The position numbers and the translations under genes are program-made. Shown piece by piece: positions 1 to 9,007 of a stretch of DNA of 52,974 nt. The notes beneath the pieces were generated by a model. It saw nothing but the letters and a program-made list of their open reading frames with translations. It searched no databases and was not told the origin of the DNA. Each line of letters opens with the position of its first letter. The first letter of the stretch is position 1. Origin of the DNA: a bacterium (GTDB lineage: Bacteria; Eisenbacteria; RBG-16-71-46); contig JANMAX010000221.1 in NCBI GenBank assembly GCA_031360075.1, positions 1 to 52,974 on the forward strand. Direction: 5' to 3'.

Positions 1-281
1 AGCCACAGCGCCCAGCACCGAGTCGTGTTCGCACGGGCTTATCGCTCCAGTCGCGAGCTGGTCGCTGCGAGCACAACACGCACCGGGGTTGCGGAGGGGA
101 CACGCGCTCCATTGCGCCCGGCGGGCGCGGTCCGCGCGCCATGCGCAGGCGGCGCCTGCATGATAACCTCACCCATTCTTGCCCCCATACCGGCATCCCC
201 GGCCCCCCACAAGAGCCCCCACGAGCGGAGGACGCGTTGGCCGTCGCTACCGAGCGCCTGTCGGGCGGAGCCCTGCTCCGC

Positions 282-641
282 ATGCGCTGGCTCCCCGTGG
301 CCGCCTGGGTGGCGCTGATCTTCGTGCTCAGCGCCCAGCCCGGCCTCTCCGTGCCGGGTACGTTCGAATACCGCGACAAGGTGGCGCACACGCTGGAATA
401 CGGCGGTTTGGGGTGGCTCGTCTACCGCGCGGCGCGCGACAGCTGGCCGGCCACGCCGGCCTTGCAACGGGTGCTGCTCACGGCTCTGGCGCTGTCGGCG
501 CTCGGGGCGCTTGACGAGAAGTTCCAGTCTTTCATTCCCGGCCGCGATTCGACCGCGTATGATTGGATGGCGGATACGTTCGGCGGTGCGCTGGCCCAGA
601 TCGCCGGCGTGGTCTTCGACAAACGGCGGAGGGGCGCCTGA
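282..641 (+). CDS. VanZ-like family membrane protein
   Basis: ORF 141..641. From the internal Met (MRWLPVAAWVALIFVLSAQP) there are several hydrophobic segments. VanZ-type motifs are present: KVAHTLEYGGLG and DWMADTFGG. The stop overlaps the hisS ATG (TGATG). The start is ambiguous (141 or 282). Confidence 0.6.
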   Translation: MRWLPVAAWVALIFVLSAQPGLSVPGTFEYRDKVAHTLEYGGLGWLVYRAARDSWPATPALQRVLLTALALSALGALDEKFQSFIPGRDSTAYDWMADTFGGALAQIAGVVFDKRRRGA

Positions 642-1912
642 TGGCACCCAAACACCAGGCTCCGCGCGGCACGCGCGACCTGCTCCCCGAGGACAGCGCG
701 CGCTGGCAGTGGGCCGAATCCCGGGCACGCGGGGTACTTGAACGCTACGGCTTCGGCGAGCTGCGCACGCCGCTGTTCGAGGACTACGAGTTGTTCGCAC
801 GCACGTCGGGGGAGTCGAGCGACGTGGTGCAGAAGGAGATGTACCGGTTCAAGGACCTCGGCGACCGTGAGCTGGCGCTCCGGCCCGAGTTCACAGCCGG
901 TGTCATGCGTGCTTACCTCGAGCATGGGCTCGGTGGCCGGGCGCGCGTGCACCGGTTGTGGAGCATGGGTCCGGTGTTCCGGTACGGCCGCCCGCAGAAG
1001 GGGCGCTACCGGCAGTTCTCGCAGATCAACTGCGAACTGGTGGGCTCGGCCGCCTCGGGCGCCGACGTCGAGATGATCACGCTGTTCGTGGACCTCTATG
1101 AGGCCTGGGGCTTCAACAACCTGAGCGTCAAGCTCAACAGTGTCGGCCAGCCGGCTTCACGCCGCGCCTACGGCGACCGCTTGCGTGCGCTGCTCGCGCC
1201 GCATGCCGCGCGCCTTTCGGAAGACAGCTCGCGCCGGCTGGAGCAGAACCCGTTGCGCGTGCTCGACAGCAAGGCCGAGGGCGATCTCGCCGTGCTCGCC
1301 GAGCTGGCGCCCGACATGCCGCACATGCTCGATGTGCTCGACGACGCCGACCGCGAGCACTGGACCGCCGTGCTCGCCGGCCTCGATGCCGCCGGCGTCC
1401 ACTACGAGATCGACCATGGTCTGGTGCGCGGGCTCGACTACTACACGCGCACCGCGTTCGAAGTGCACGACCCGTCGCTCGGTGCGCAGAGCGCGCTGGG
1501 CGGGGGCGGGCGCTACGACGCGCTCATCGAGCAGTTGGGTGGGGCCCCCACGCCGGGCGTCGGCTTCGCGATCGGGCTCGACCGCGCGCTGCTCGTGCTC
1601 GAGGAGCGCGGCATGGCGGCCGAGCCGGCCGAAACGGTGTGCGTCGTGGCCATGGACAGCACGCGCGCTGGAGTCACCGCGTTGGTGCGCGAGATGCGCC
1701 GCCAGTTCCGCGTCGAGACCGACGTCGAGGCGCGCGGCTTCAGCGCGCAGATGAAGGCTGCAGGCAAGAGCGGCGCGCGCTTCCTGGTGATCGCGGGCGA
1801 CGACGAATGGGCACGGGGTGAAGTCGTGCTCAAGGATTCCAAGACGGGCGAGCAGGCGGCCGTGAAGCGCGAAGCGCTCGCAGCCGAAATCTCGGCCCGG
1901 ACCGTACGATAA
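641..1912 (+). CDS. hisS: histidine--tRNA ligase
   Basis: ORF 563..1912. The Met at 641 is preceded by GGAGG. HisS signatures: RGTRDLLPED, LRPEFTAGVMRAY, GGGRYDALIEQLGG, and a C-terminal anticodon-binding domain. Confidence 0.9.
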   Translation: MAPKHQAPRGTRDLLPEDSARWQWAESRARGVLERYGFGELRTPLFEDYELFARTSGESSDVVQKEMYRFKDLGDRELALRPEFTAGVMRAYLEHGLGGRARVHRLWSMGPVFRYGRPQKGRYRQFSQINCELVGSAASGADVEMITLFVDLYEAWGFNNLSVKLNSVGQPASRRAYGDRLRALLAPHAARLSEDSSRRLEQNPLRVLDSKAEGDLAVLAELAPDMPHMLDVLDDADREHWTAVLAGLDAAGVHYEIDHGLVRGLDYYTRTAFEVHDPSLGAQSALGGGGRYDALIEQLGGAPTPGVGFAIGLDRALLVLEERGMAAEPAETVCVVAMDSTRAGVTALVREMRRQFRVETDVEARGFSAQMKAAGKSGARFLVIAGDDEWARGEVVLKDSKTGEQAAVKREALAAEISARTVR

Positions 1913-1932
1913 GGCGAACAGGAGAACGCGAC

Positions 1933-3759
1933 GTGGCACAAGAGCTCGAAGGACTCGGCGACTGGCGGCGGTCCCACACCTGTGGCGCGCTGACGCGGGA
2001 GCATGCCGGCCAGACCGTGACGCTCATGGGCTGGCTGCATCGCTCGCGTGATCACGGTGGCGTGCTGTTCACCGACCTGCGCGACCGCTATGGGCTGACG
2101 CAGGTGGTGTTCCGTCCCGAGACCGGTGGCAAGGGCTTGCTCGAGCGCGCCTCGCACCTGGGCAACGAGTTCGTGGTCGCGGTGCGCGGGCTGGTCGTCG
2201 AGCGGCCGGCCGATGCGGTGAACGCCGATCTCGCCACCGGCACCATCGAGGTGGACGCGCGCGAGTTGAAGCTGCTGTCCGCCTGTGACCCGCTGCCTTT
2301 CCAGGTGAACGAAGAGCACATGCTGGCCAGTGAGGACTTGCGCTTGAAGTTCCGCTATCTGGACCTGCGCCGGCCCGAGCTCGCCAAGCTGCTGGCGCTG
2401 CGCCACGTCGCCGCGGCCGCGGCACGCAACTACCTCTCGAGCCAGAGCTTCCTCGAGATCGAGACGCCGATGCTGGTGAAGCCCACGCCCGAGGGCGCAC
2501 GCGACTACGTGGTGCCGAGCCGCGTGCACCACGGCAGCTTCTACGCGTTGCCGCAGAGCCCGCAGCTCTACAAGCAGACGCTCATGATCAGCGGCTGCGA
2601 CCGGTACTTCCAGCTGGCGCGCTGCCTGCGCGACGAGGACCTGCGCGCCGACCGCCAGCCCGAGCACACGCAGATCGACCTCGAGATGAGCTTCGTCAGC
2701 GAGGACGATGTCTTCACCGCCGTCGAGGGGCTGTTCGCGGCCATGTGGCGCGAGACGCTGGGCGTCACGCTCAAGACACCGTTCCCGCGCATCACCTACG
2801 ACCACTCCATGAAGACCTACGGCAGCGACAAGCCGGACCTGCGCTTCGGGCTCGAGTTCAGCGATGTCACCGCCATCTGTGCCCAGTCCCCGCGCAACGT
2901 CGTCGCCAACGGTGCCAAGGCCCCGGGCGGCATCGCCGTGGCCATGACCATCCCGGGTGGCGGCGAGATCAGCGGCACGCAGTTGCGCAAGTTCGAGGAC
3001 GTGGTCAAGGGTGCCGGTGCGGGCGGGCTGACGTTCTTCAAGGTGCAGGCCGCCGATCGCGACAAGCAGCTGGTCATCTTCCCGGGCGCGCTGCTCGACG
3101 AGTTCATGGCCAAGGTGCACGCCAAGGACGGCGACGCGGTGGTGTTCACCAACGGACCGTGGGAGCGCACCTGCAAGGCGCTCGGCGTGCTGCGCACGCA
3201 GTTGGGCCACGAGCTGCTCGAGAAGAAGGGCCTGCTCAACAAGTCCGGGCACGAACAGGACTGGCGCTTCGTGTGGGTGCGCGAGTTCCCGCTGTTCGAG
3301 TACAACGACGACCAGAAGCGCTGGGAGCCCAAGCACCACATGTTCACCATGCCGAACCCGGAGCATCTCGAGTTCCTGGAGACCGACCCCGGCAAGGTGT
3401 ACGCGCAGCTCTATGATGTCGTCCTGAACGGCAACGAACTGGGTTCGGGTTCGGTGCGCATCCACCGGCCCGACATCCAGGAGCGCGTCATGAAGGTGAC
3501 CGGGCTCACGCAGGAGCAGGCGCACGAGAAGTTCGGGTTCCTGCTCGAGGCCTACCGCTACGCCTCGCCGCCTCATGCCGGCATCGGCATCGGGCTCGAT
3601 CGCATCATCATGCTGCTGGGCGGCCGCGATTCGATTCGCGACGTCATCGCGTTCCCGAAGACGGCGAGCGCGACGTCACTGATGGACGGCTCCCCGAGCC
3701 CGGTGGAGCCGCAGACGTGGAAGGAACTGGGGCTCAAGCCGCACGCCCCGGCACAGTAG
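1933..3759 (+). CDS. aspS: aspartate--tRNA ligase (bacterial type, 608 aa)
   Basis: GTG start follows AGGAGA. N-terminal OB fold: VTLMGWLHRSRDHGGVLFTDLRDRYG. Class II motifs: YFQLARCLRDEDLRADRQPEHTQIDLEMSF, GSGSVRIH, PPHAGIGIGLDR. Confidence 0.92.
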   Translation: MAQELEGLGDWRRSHTCGALTREHAGQTVTLMGWLHRSRDHGGVLFTDLRDRYGLTQVVFRPETGGKGLLERASHLGNEFVVAVRGLVVERPADAVNADLATGTIEVDARELKLLSACDPLPFQVNEEHMLASEDLRLKFRYLDLRRPELAKLLALRHVAAAAARNYLSSQSFLEIETPMLVKPTPEGARDYVVPSRVHHGSFYALPQSPQLYKQTLMISGCDRYFQLARCLRDEDLRADRQPEHTQIDLEMSFVSEDDVFTAVEGLFAAMWRETLGVTLKTPFPRITYDHSMKTYGSDKPDLRFGLEFSDVTAICAQSPRNVVANGAKAPGGIAVAMTIPGGGEISGTQLRKFEDVVKGAGAGGLTFFKVQAADRDKQLVIFPGALLDEFMAKVHAKDGDAVVFTNGPWERTCKALGVLRTQLGHELLEKKGLLNKSGHEQDWRFVWVREFPLFEYNDDQKRWEPKHHMFTMPNPEHLEFLETDPGKVYAQLYDVVLNGNELGSGSVRIHRPDIQERVMKVTGLTQEQAHEKFGFLLEAYRYASPPHAGIGIGLDRIIMLLGGRDSIRDVIAFPKTASATSLMDGSPSPVEPQTWKELGLKPHAPAQ

Positions 3760-3786
3760 CGCCGTCGCATCGATATCCCGCCGGGC

Positions 3787-3807
3787 GGTGCTGTGGTCCA
3801 CAGCACC
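3787..3807 (+). terminator. GC-rich hairpin 3' of aspS (possible terminator)
   Basis: GGTGCTGTG-gtc-CACAGCACC forms a 9-bp perfect stem 28 nt after the aspS stop. There is no U-tract, so the call is weak. Confidence 0.3.
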
Positions 3808-3844
3808 GCTGGCGCCCCCGGGGATCCGGTGAGAGGTGGCAGAC

Positions 3845-5395
3845 ATGGTTCGCGTGGCGCTGTGCGCGCTGGTGCTGATGAGCATTGCTTCTCCGGTGGT
3901 GGCCGCCGCGCCGTCGCGGCCCGGCCACAGCCCGGACGGCGTGCGGTCGAGCGCGGACATTTCCAGGTTGCCGTTTGCGGGTCCGAGAGCTGTGTTCATC
4001 GACACGATCCCGGCGGATTCCGGCCGGCCCGTGATCGTGGTCCAGGCCGAGCAGTTCCCGCGCTACTCGTTCTTCCTGGACCCGGCCCCGACGGTCGCGA
4101 CCAAGGAGTTCTCGATGTTCTACAACGGCATCCCGGACACGAACATCGGCCCCGGGCGCGTGCGCGGCATGTTCCACTTGATCTACCAGCGTAGCGGCGG
4201 CACGCAGCAGGCGGAGACCGCGTTCGCTCATGCGTGGTCGCCGGATCTCGTGACTTGGTCGGTGGACACGCTGGCGTTCACCGTCGACACGACGGCGTGG
4301 AACTCGGCACACGTCTGGTCCCCGAGCCTCGTGCACTTCGCCGGCAAGGACTACCTGTTCTACACCGGCGTCGACGCCCAGGAGGACCAGCGCATCGGCT
4401 ATGCCTCGACGAGCCGGCTCGACACCTCGAACACGGTCTGGGATCCCGCTCGCGTCATGGTGTGGGAAGCGCCACGGACCCAGTGGGCCGTGCCCGATCC
4501 GTGGACGTACTTCGGCCAGACGCAGTTCCGCGACCCGTTCGTCATTCCCGACCCCGATCAGCCCGACCGTCTGCTGATGTTCTACGCCGCGCACGATTCC
4601 ATCGACTTCCGTGCCGGCCAGGGCGGGCTGATGGTGGGCGTGGCCCGCAGCGAGCCCGGGAACGCCGGTGTCTGGACCGACTTGGGCTACTACCCGAGCA
4701 CGCACAAGAAGATCACCAAGGTCGGCCAGTTGGAAGGTCCGCACGTGTTCCCGGTGAACGGCACGAGCGCCGGCTGGCGGCTGATGTACTCCAATGCCGG
4801 CACACCGCCGGGTGAGCGCGGCAACAGCACCATCCGGTTCGAGAGCATCGTGCCTGGTGCGAGCCTGGCGGACACGTCCTTGGGCTCGTGGCAAGCGCCG
4901 CAGGTGCTCAAGACCTACCTGGGCGGCGACCCGACCGTGTTCGGCTGGAGCGGCAGTGAACACCTGAGAGTCGGAGGAGTCGACTTCCTGGCGGGGTTCA
5001 CGGCGTGGGGCCCGTTCGATCAGGGCATCGCGATCTCGCGGCTGCAGTGGCTCGGCGACGACTTCACGCTCGGCCAGCCGACCGTGTCCGTGGTGAACGA
5101 GTACCGCTCGCCGGCCCGCGGTGTGCAGATGCGCGTGCTCGACGACTCGCGGCGCGCCGGGCGCGTGACGTTCGAGCTCGATTCGCCGCTCGAACTGGAG
5201 GCGCGGCTCGACGTGTTCGATGCGCAGGGACGCAGCGTGCGCTCGCTGCTCGCAGGCCCGCTCGTGCGCGGCCGCTCGAGCGTGCACTGGGACCTGACGC
5301 GGCGAGACGGCGGCGCGGTCGCGAGCGGCATGTACTTCGTGCGGCTGTCGTTCGCGGGCGGCGTACGCGCCGCACAGATCCCCGTGGTGCGCTGA
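3845..5395 (+). CDS. secreted glycoside-hydrolase-like beta-propeller protein (GH32/GH68/GH43 superfamily) with FlgD-Ig/T9SS-sorting-like C-terminal domain
   Basis: ATG 3845 lies 8 nt after GAGAGG (the ORF track starts at GTG 3836). Signal peptide: MVRVALCALVLMSIASPVVAAAPS. Motifs occur in GH32-like order: FLDPAP, HLIYQR..HAWSPDLVTW, FRDPFV, LEGPHVF. The last ~75 aa (VTFELDSP...GMYFVRLSFAGG..IPVVR) match the C-terminal domain seen in two other proteins of this window. Confidence 0.7.
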   Translation: MVRVALCALVLMSIASPVVAAAPSRPGHSPDGVRSSADISRLPFAGPRAVFIDTIPADSGRPVIVVQAEQFPRYSFFLDPAPTVATKEFSMFYNGIPDTNIGPGRVRGMFHLIYQRSGGTQQAETAFAHAWSPDLVTWSVDTLAFTVDTTAWNSAHVWSPSLVHFAGKDYLFYTGVDAQEDQRIGYASTSRLDTSNTVWDPARVMVWEAPRTQWAVPDPWTYFGQTQFRDPFVIPDPDQPDRLLMFYAAHDSIDFRAGQGGLMVGVARSEPGNAGVWTDLGYYPSTHKKITKVGQLEGPHVFPVNGTSAGWRLMYSNAGTPPGERGNSTIRFESIVPGASLADTSLGSWQAPQVLKTYLGGDPTVFGWSGSEHLRVGGVDFLAGFTAWGPFDQGIAISRLQWLGDDFTLGQPTVSVVNEYRSPARGVQMRVLDDSRRAGRVTFELDSPLELEARLDVFDAQGRSVRSLLAGPLVRGRSSVHWDLTRRDGGAVASGMYFVRLSFAGGVRAAQIPVVR

Positions 5396-5595
5396 GCGCA
5401 GCGCGCTGCCCGGTCGTGGCCGGGGGGGACCGCCGCCGGGCCCGGCACACGGTGTGACCACGGGGCCGTTCTGGACGCGCGGGCCGGCTCGCGGCGCCGG
5501 ATTGTCGCCACACCGCCGCTGCGGCACACTGCGGGCTTCGCACTTGTCTGTTGAGCAGTTGGTCCGGCCCCAATTCGAGTCCTGAGGTCCTGCCC

Positions 5596-6690
5596 ATGAT
5601 CAAGTTCATGTTGTTCATCGATGGCACATGGTTGTATTCGAATACCAGCCGGCTCGTGGAAGCGTCCGGCGAACCGGGATTCGTGCTCGACTTCGGCAAG
5701 CTGCCGCGCGTGCTGGCCGAGGAGGTCGGCCGCCGCCTGGGCCACGACGAGTGGACCGTGGTGCGCACGCACATGTTCGGCAGTTATGCCGACCACTTCG
5801 ATCCGCGCGACCGCGAGCCGGTGGAGCGCCGGCTCAACTTCTTCGCCATGCTGCGCCAGCAGCACCATTACGAGATCGAGGCGTTCCCGATCGACTTTCG
5901 TGGCAAGCGCCTGCGCCGCACCGACCGCGAACCGGGTGACGTGTTCGAGCCCAAGGAGAAGTGCGTCGACATCGCGCTCGCGACGAGCATGTTGTTCAAC
6001 GCCGCGATGTCGAACGCCTACGACGTCGCCATCGTCGTGATCGGCGACCAGGACTTCAAGCCCGTGCTGCAGAGCGTGCGCCGGCTGGGCAAGCGCGTCG
6101 CGATCGCCAGCATCAACGGGGCGTGCTCGGGCGAGTATTCGGACCCCACCGACAAGGCACGCGTGCGCGACGTCGAGCTGCTGTGGCTCGAGGACCTGCT
6201 GCCGCGCCTCGCGCGGCGCTACGATCCGCACACGCTCGACTGCCAGTCGCCCACGCACAAGGGCGAGCGCCGGGTCGAGACCACGTACTATCCCAAGCGC
6301 GGCGAGAAGTTCTACTGCCCGGCGTGCCGTGAGGAGTTCGGCAAGCAGCGCGAGGCCGCGGCGGCCACGAACGCCGCGAACAACACTCCGTCCACCGGCG
6401 GCAAGACGCACAGCCCGGTGAGCGAGCCCGTGACCTATGCGCCTGCCGAGACCATGCTCATGGGCGTCGTGAAGCACAAACGCCTGGACAAGAGTTATGG
6501 CTTCATCATGGTGGACGGCTGCGGCGACTACGACGGCGCCGAGTACTTCTTCCATGAGTCCGACATCGTCGACGGCACGCGGTTCGCCGGACTCGCCGAG
6601 GGCACCTACGTGGACTTCCAGGTCAAGGCGGATTCGCCGGGCGGCAAGGCCCCGCCCGCGCGCAACGTCCGCCGCCGGGTGGCGGTGTGA
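5596..6690 (+). CDS. NYN (LabA/PIN-like RNase) domain protein fused to a zinc ribbon and a C-terminal cold-shock domain
   Basis: Met at 5596 follows GAGG. NYN core: MIKFMLFIDGTWLY, CVDIALATSMLFNAAMSNAYDVAIVVIGDQDFKPVLQSVRRLGKRVAI. Zinc-ribbon-like C-x4-H ... CPAC: CQSPTH..YCPACREEF. C-terminal CSD: GVVKHKRLDKSYGFIMV...YFFHESDI...GTYVDFQV. Confidence 0.8.
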   Translation: MIKFMLFIDGTWLYSNTSRLVEASGEPGFVLDFGKLPRVLAEEVGRRLGHDEWTVVRTHMFGSYADHFDPRDREPVERRLNFFAMLRQQHHYEIEAFPIDFRGKRLRRTDREPGDVFEPKEKCVDIALATSMLFNAAMSNAYDVAIVVIGDQDFKPVLQSVRRLGKRVAIASINGACSGEYSDPTDKARVRDVELLWLEDLLPRLARRYDPHTLDCQSPTHKGERRVETTYYPKRGEKFYCPACREEFGKQREAAAATNAANNTPSTGGKTHSPVSEPVTYAPAETMLMGVVKHKRLDKSYGFIMVDGCGDYDGAEYFFHESDIVDGTRFAGLAEGTYVDFQVKADSPGGKAPPARNVRRRVAV

Positions 6691-7226
6691 AGGAACTCGT
6701 CGAAGTCCGCGAGGCGATCGAAGTGCTGTCGCGCACGCCCGCGCTGCTCGACCTGTGGCTGGTCGGGCTGCCGGAGCAGTGGCTCACTCCCGATGAGGGG
6801 CCGGGGACGTACAACCCGGTCGATGTCGTCGCACACCTGCTGCACTGCGAGGAGACCGACTGGTTCCCGCGCCTTGAACGCATGCTCGAACACGGCGAGA
6901 CCGTGCCGTTCACGCCGTTCGAGCGCGACGCGTTCCGCGATCGCTTCAAGGATTGGCCACTCGAGCAGCTGCTGCCGCGGTTCTCGGCGGCACGGCGCGA
7001 GAACCTCGACAAGCTGGCCGAATTGCGGCTGCGTCCGGTGGACCTGAACCGCACCGGCATGCACCCCGCGCTCGGCCGCGTCACGGTGCGGCAGTTGCTC
7101 GCCAGTTGGGTGGCGCACGACCTCACGCACATCGCGCAGATCGCGCGCGTCATGGCCAAGCGCTACAGCGAGACCGTGGGACCGTGGCGGCAGAACCTGC
7201 GGGTCCTGGACGACCGCAAGGGCTAG
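6687..7226 (+). CDS. DinB-family (DinB_2-like) four-helix-bundle protein
   Basis: GTG start overlaps the upstream stop. His-containing helices are typical of the DinB family: VVAHLLHCEETDWFPRL and SWVAHDLTHIAQIARV. Confidence 0.7.
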   Translation: MKELVEVREAIEVLSRTPALLDLWLVGLPEQWLTPDEGPGTYNPVDVVAHLLHCEETDWFPRLERMLEHGETVPFTPFERDAFRDRFKDWPLEQLLPRFSAARRENLDKLAELRLRPVDLNRTGMHPALGRVTVRQLLASWVAHDLTHIAQIARVMAKRYSETVGPWRQNLRVLDDRKG

Positions 7227-7267
7227 CGGGCTGTGGCCCCGCGAGCGCCGGCAAGCGAGTGCACGCC

Positions 7268-8209
7268 ATGAACGATCCGCACAGGTCCGACGGCGGCGAC
7301 CGCCGCGAGCCGCGCGACGACCGGGAACCACCGGCGGAGCCAGCGCCAGACCGCGTCGTCGGACGCGAGCCGCCGCCCGCCGCCCCGGGCGCCGCCGGCG
7401 AGCCCGCGCACTTCGCCGAGCCCACGTCCGAGGAGTTCGCGGTCTGGGATCCCGGCTACGTGCCGCCCGATCCCGACGAGCCGCCCCCAGTCGAACTGTG
7501 GCGCGCGGTCGGCGGGGTGACGCCATGGGGCACCATGCTGGTACTGTTCCCGTGCGCCGCGATGTTCCTGCTGCTGGCGTGGCGTCACGCACTCGGCGGA
7601 GACGACAGCCTGTATGTGTGGGGAGCGAACGCCACGCACCTGGACGCCGCCGGGACTTCATGGCGGCTGCTGGCCTCGACGTTCCTGCACTCGGGCACCG
7701 CGCACCTGTTCTTCAACGCCACCACACTGCTGATCTTCGGTCCGGCGGTGGAACGGCTGTTCACGCGTCACGCGTTCTGGATCGTGTACGCCGTGGGTGG
7801 TGCGCTGGCCTCGCTCGCGAGCCTGGGGTGGCGCGACCTGCGCAGCGCTGGCGCCAGCTACAGCGTCGGCGCCTCGGGGGCCATCTTCGCGCTCGCGGGC
7901 GCGCTGCTGGTGGCGGCATTCCGGTTGCGCAAGCGCCTGGCGGTCGGTCGCGCGCGATCGCTGGGTGCGGCCATCCTGTACCTGGCGGGCACCGGTTTCG
8001 CCGCCGGCTTCGCGCAGCACGGCACGGACAACGCCGCGCATGCCGGCGGCATGGTGAGCGGGGCGCTGATCGGAGCGGTGCTGAGCCTGCATCCGCGGCT
8101 CGGCGGTCGCGGGGCGGGGGGGGCCACGCGCATCGCGGCCATCGTGTGCGGGCTCGCGCTGGCAGCGTCACTGGCGGTGGCGGTGCGCTTCGGGCTGCGG
8201 ATGCCGTGA
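7268..8209 (+). CDS. rhomboid-family intramembrane serine protease
   Basis: ORF 6953..8209; Met 106 of that ORF (MNDPH) is taken as the start. Acidic/Pro-rich cytoplasmic N-terminus followed by 6 TM segments. Rhomboid motifs: FLHSGTAHLFFN, catalytic GASGAIFALAG, and AHAGGMVSG. Confidence 0.8.
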   Translation: MNDPHRSDGGDRREPRDDREPPAEPAPDRVVGREPPPAAPGAAGEPAHFAEPTSEEFAVWDPGYVPPDPDEPPPVELWRAVGGVTPWGTMLVLFPCAAMFLLLAWRHALGGDDSLYVWGANATHLDAAGTSWRLLASTFLHSGTAHLFFNATTLLIFGPAVERLFTRHAFWIVYAVGGALASLASLGWRDLRSAGASYSVGASGAIFALAGALLVAAFRLRKRLAVGRARSLGAAILYLAGTGFAAGFAQHGTDNAAHAGGMVSGALIGAVLSLHPRLGGRGAGGATRIAAIVCGLALAASLAVAVRFGLRMP

Positions 8210-8524
8210 CCACGGTACTGCGAGTGACTCCACGAACGCACCCGGCCGCGCGTGTCCACGCATCCTGCGTGCTTCGACGGCGCGAGTGGGGCGCCCGTTG
8301 ACGAGTCCCGCCGCTCACCGCACAAACGTGGCCACGCCCGCTCCCGGCGCGGTCGGGAAGCATGCTCAATTCGCGCCCCGCTCGTGCCGATGACCCCTGA
8401 AGGGTCATCGTGGCCCGAGGGCGCGCCGTCCCGTTCGTGGTGTGCGGCCGCAACCGCCCCCCACGCAGGTGGAGCCGGCCTGGCCGCCAAGGAGTGCGCA
8501 TGAAGCGTCAGCGGAGGAACCGCC

Positions 8525-8938
8525 GTGAACGTCGTCCGATCGCATCCGCATCCCGCGGGAGCCGCGCGGCTGGTACCGAGTCCCTCGGAGCTCAAGCCCG
8601 AATGGAAGACCGCGTGGCCGTGGCTGTTCTGGGCGCTCTGGGGCGTCTGGCTCGCCGTCTCGGATCTGCATAACGACGACATCCAGCCGGCGGTGCTGCG
8701 CCTGTTGCTCGGCGCGGCGGTCCTGGGCTACGCGCGACCGAAGCGCTGGTGGCTGTGGTCGCTGGCGCTGGCGGCGTGGGTGCCGGCCGAACCGTGGGTC
8801 GCCTGGGTGCTGCGGCTGACTCCCGAGACGGATTACAACTCCGGCGTCTGGCTGCTGCCGGCGCTGCCTGCGCTGGCGGGCGGCCTGTTCGGCCGCAGCA
8901 TCGCGCGTGGCGTGCTGACGCGCGGCGACGCCAAGTAG
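8525..8938 (+). CDS. hypothetical small polytopic membrane protein (Trp-rich)
   Basis: GTG start is 6 nt after GGAGGA. GC3 is very high from about codon 25 onward. There are 3-4 hydrophobic segments (WPWLFWALWGVWLAV, LRLLLGAAVLGY, WWLWSLALAAWV, VWLLPALPALAGGLF). No family recognised. Confidence 0.55.
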   Translation: MNVVRSHPHPAGAARLVPSPSELKPEWKTAWPWLFWALWGVWLAVSDLHNDDIQPAVLRLLLGAAVLGYARPKRWWLWSLALAAWVPAEPWVAWVLRLTPETDYNSGVWLLPALPALAGGLFGRSIARGVLTRGDAK

Positions 8939-8948
8939 CCTCCCGAAT

Positions 8949-8993
8949 ACACCCCCGCCCGCGCACCGTGGAGCGCGCGCGGGCGGGGGGTGT
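8949..8993. terminator. long GC hairpin between convergent genes (likely bidirectional terminator)
   Basis: ACACCCCCGCCCGCGC ... GCGCGGGCGGGGGGTGT gives a ~16-bp stem with one bulge. It sits in the 69-bp gap between the stops at 8938 (+) and 9008 (-). Confidence 0.45.
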
Positions 8994-9007
8994 GTTCGCA
9001 GTGACGC

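Noticed and set aside
1513-3576. 687-aa ORF on the minus strand, antisense to hisS/aspS.
   Set aside because: It fully overlaps two unmistakable aaRS genes. The translation is Arg/Ala/Gly/Leu-rich low-complexity sequence with no motifs. This is the typical shadow ORF of very GC-rich DNA, where GC3 of the real frame suppresses stops in the antisense frame.
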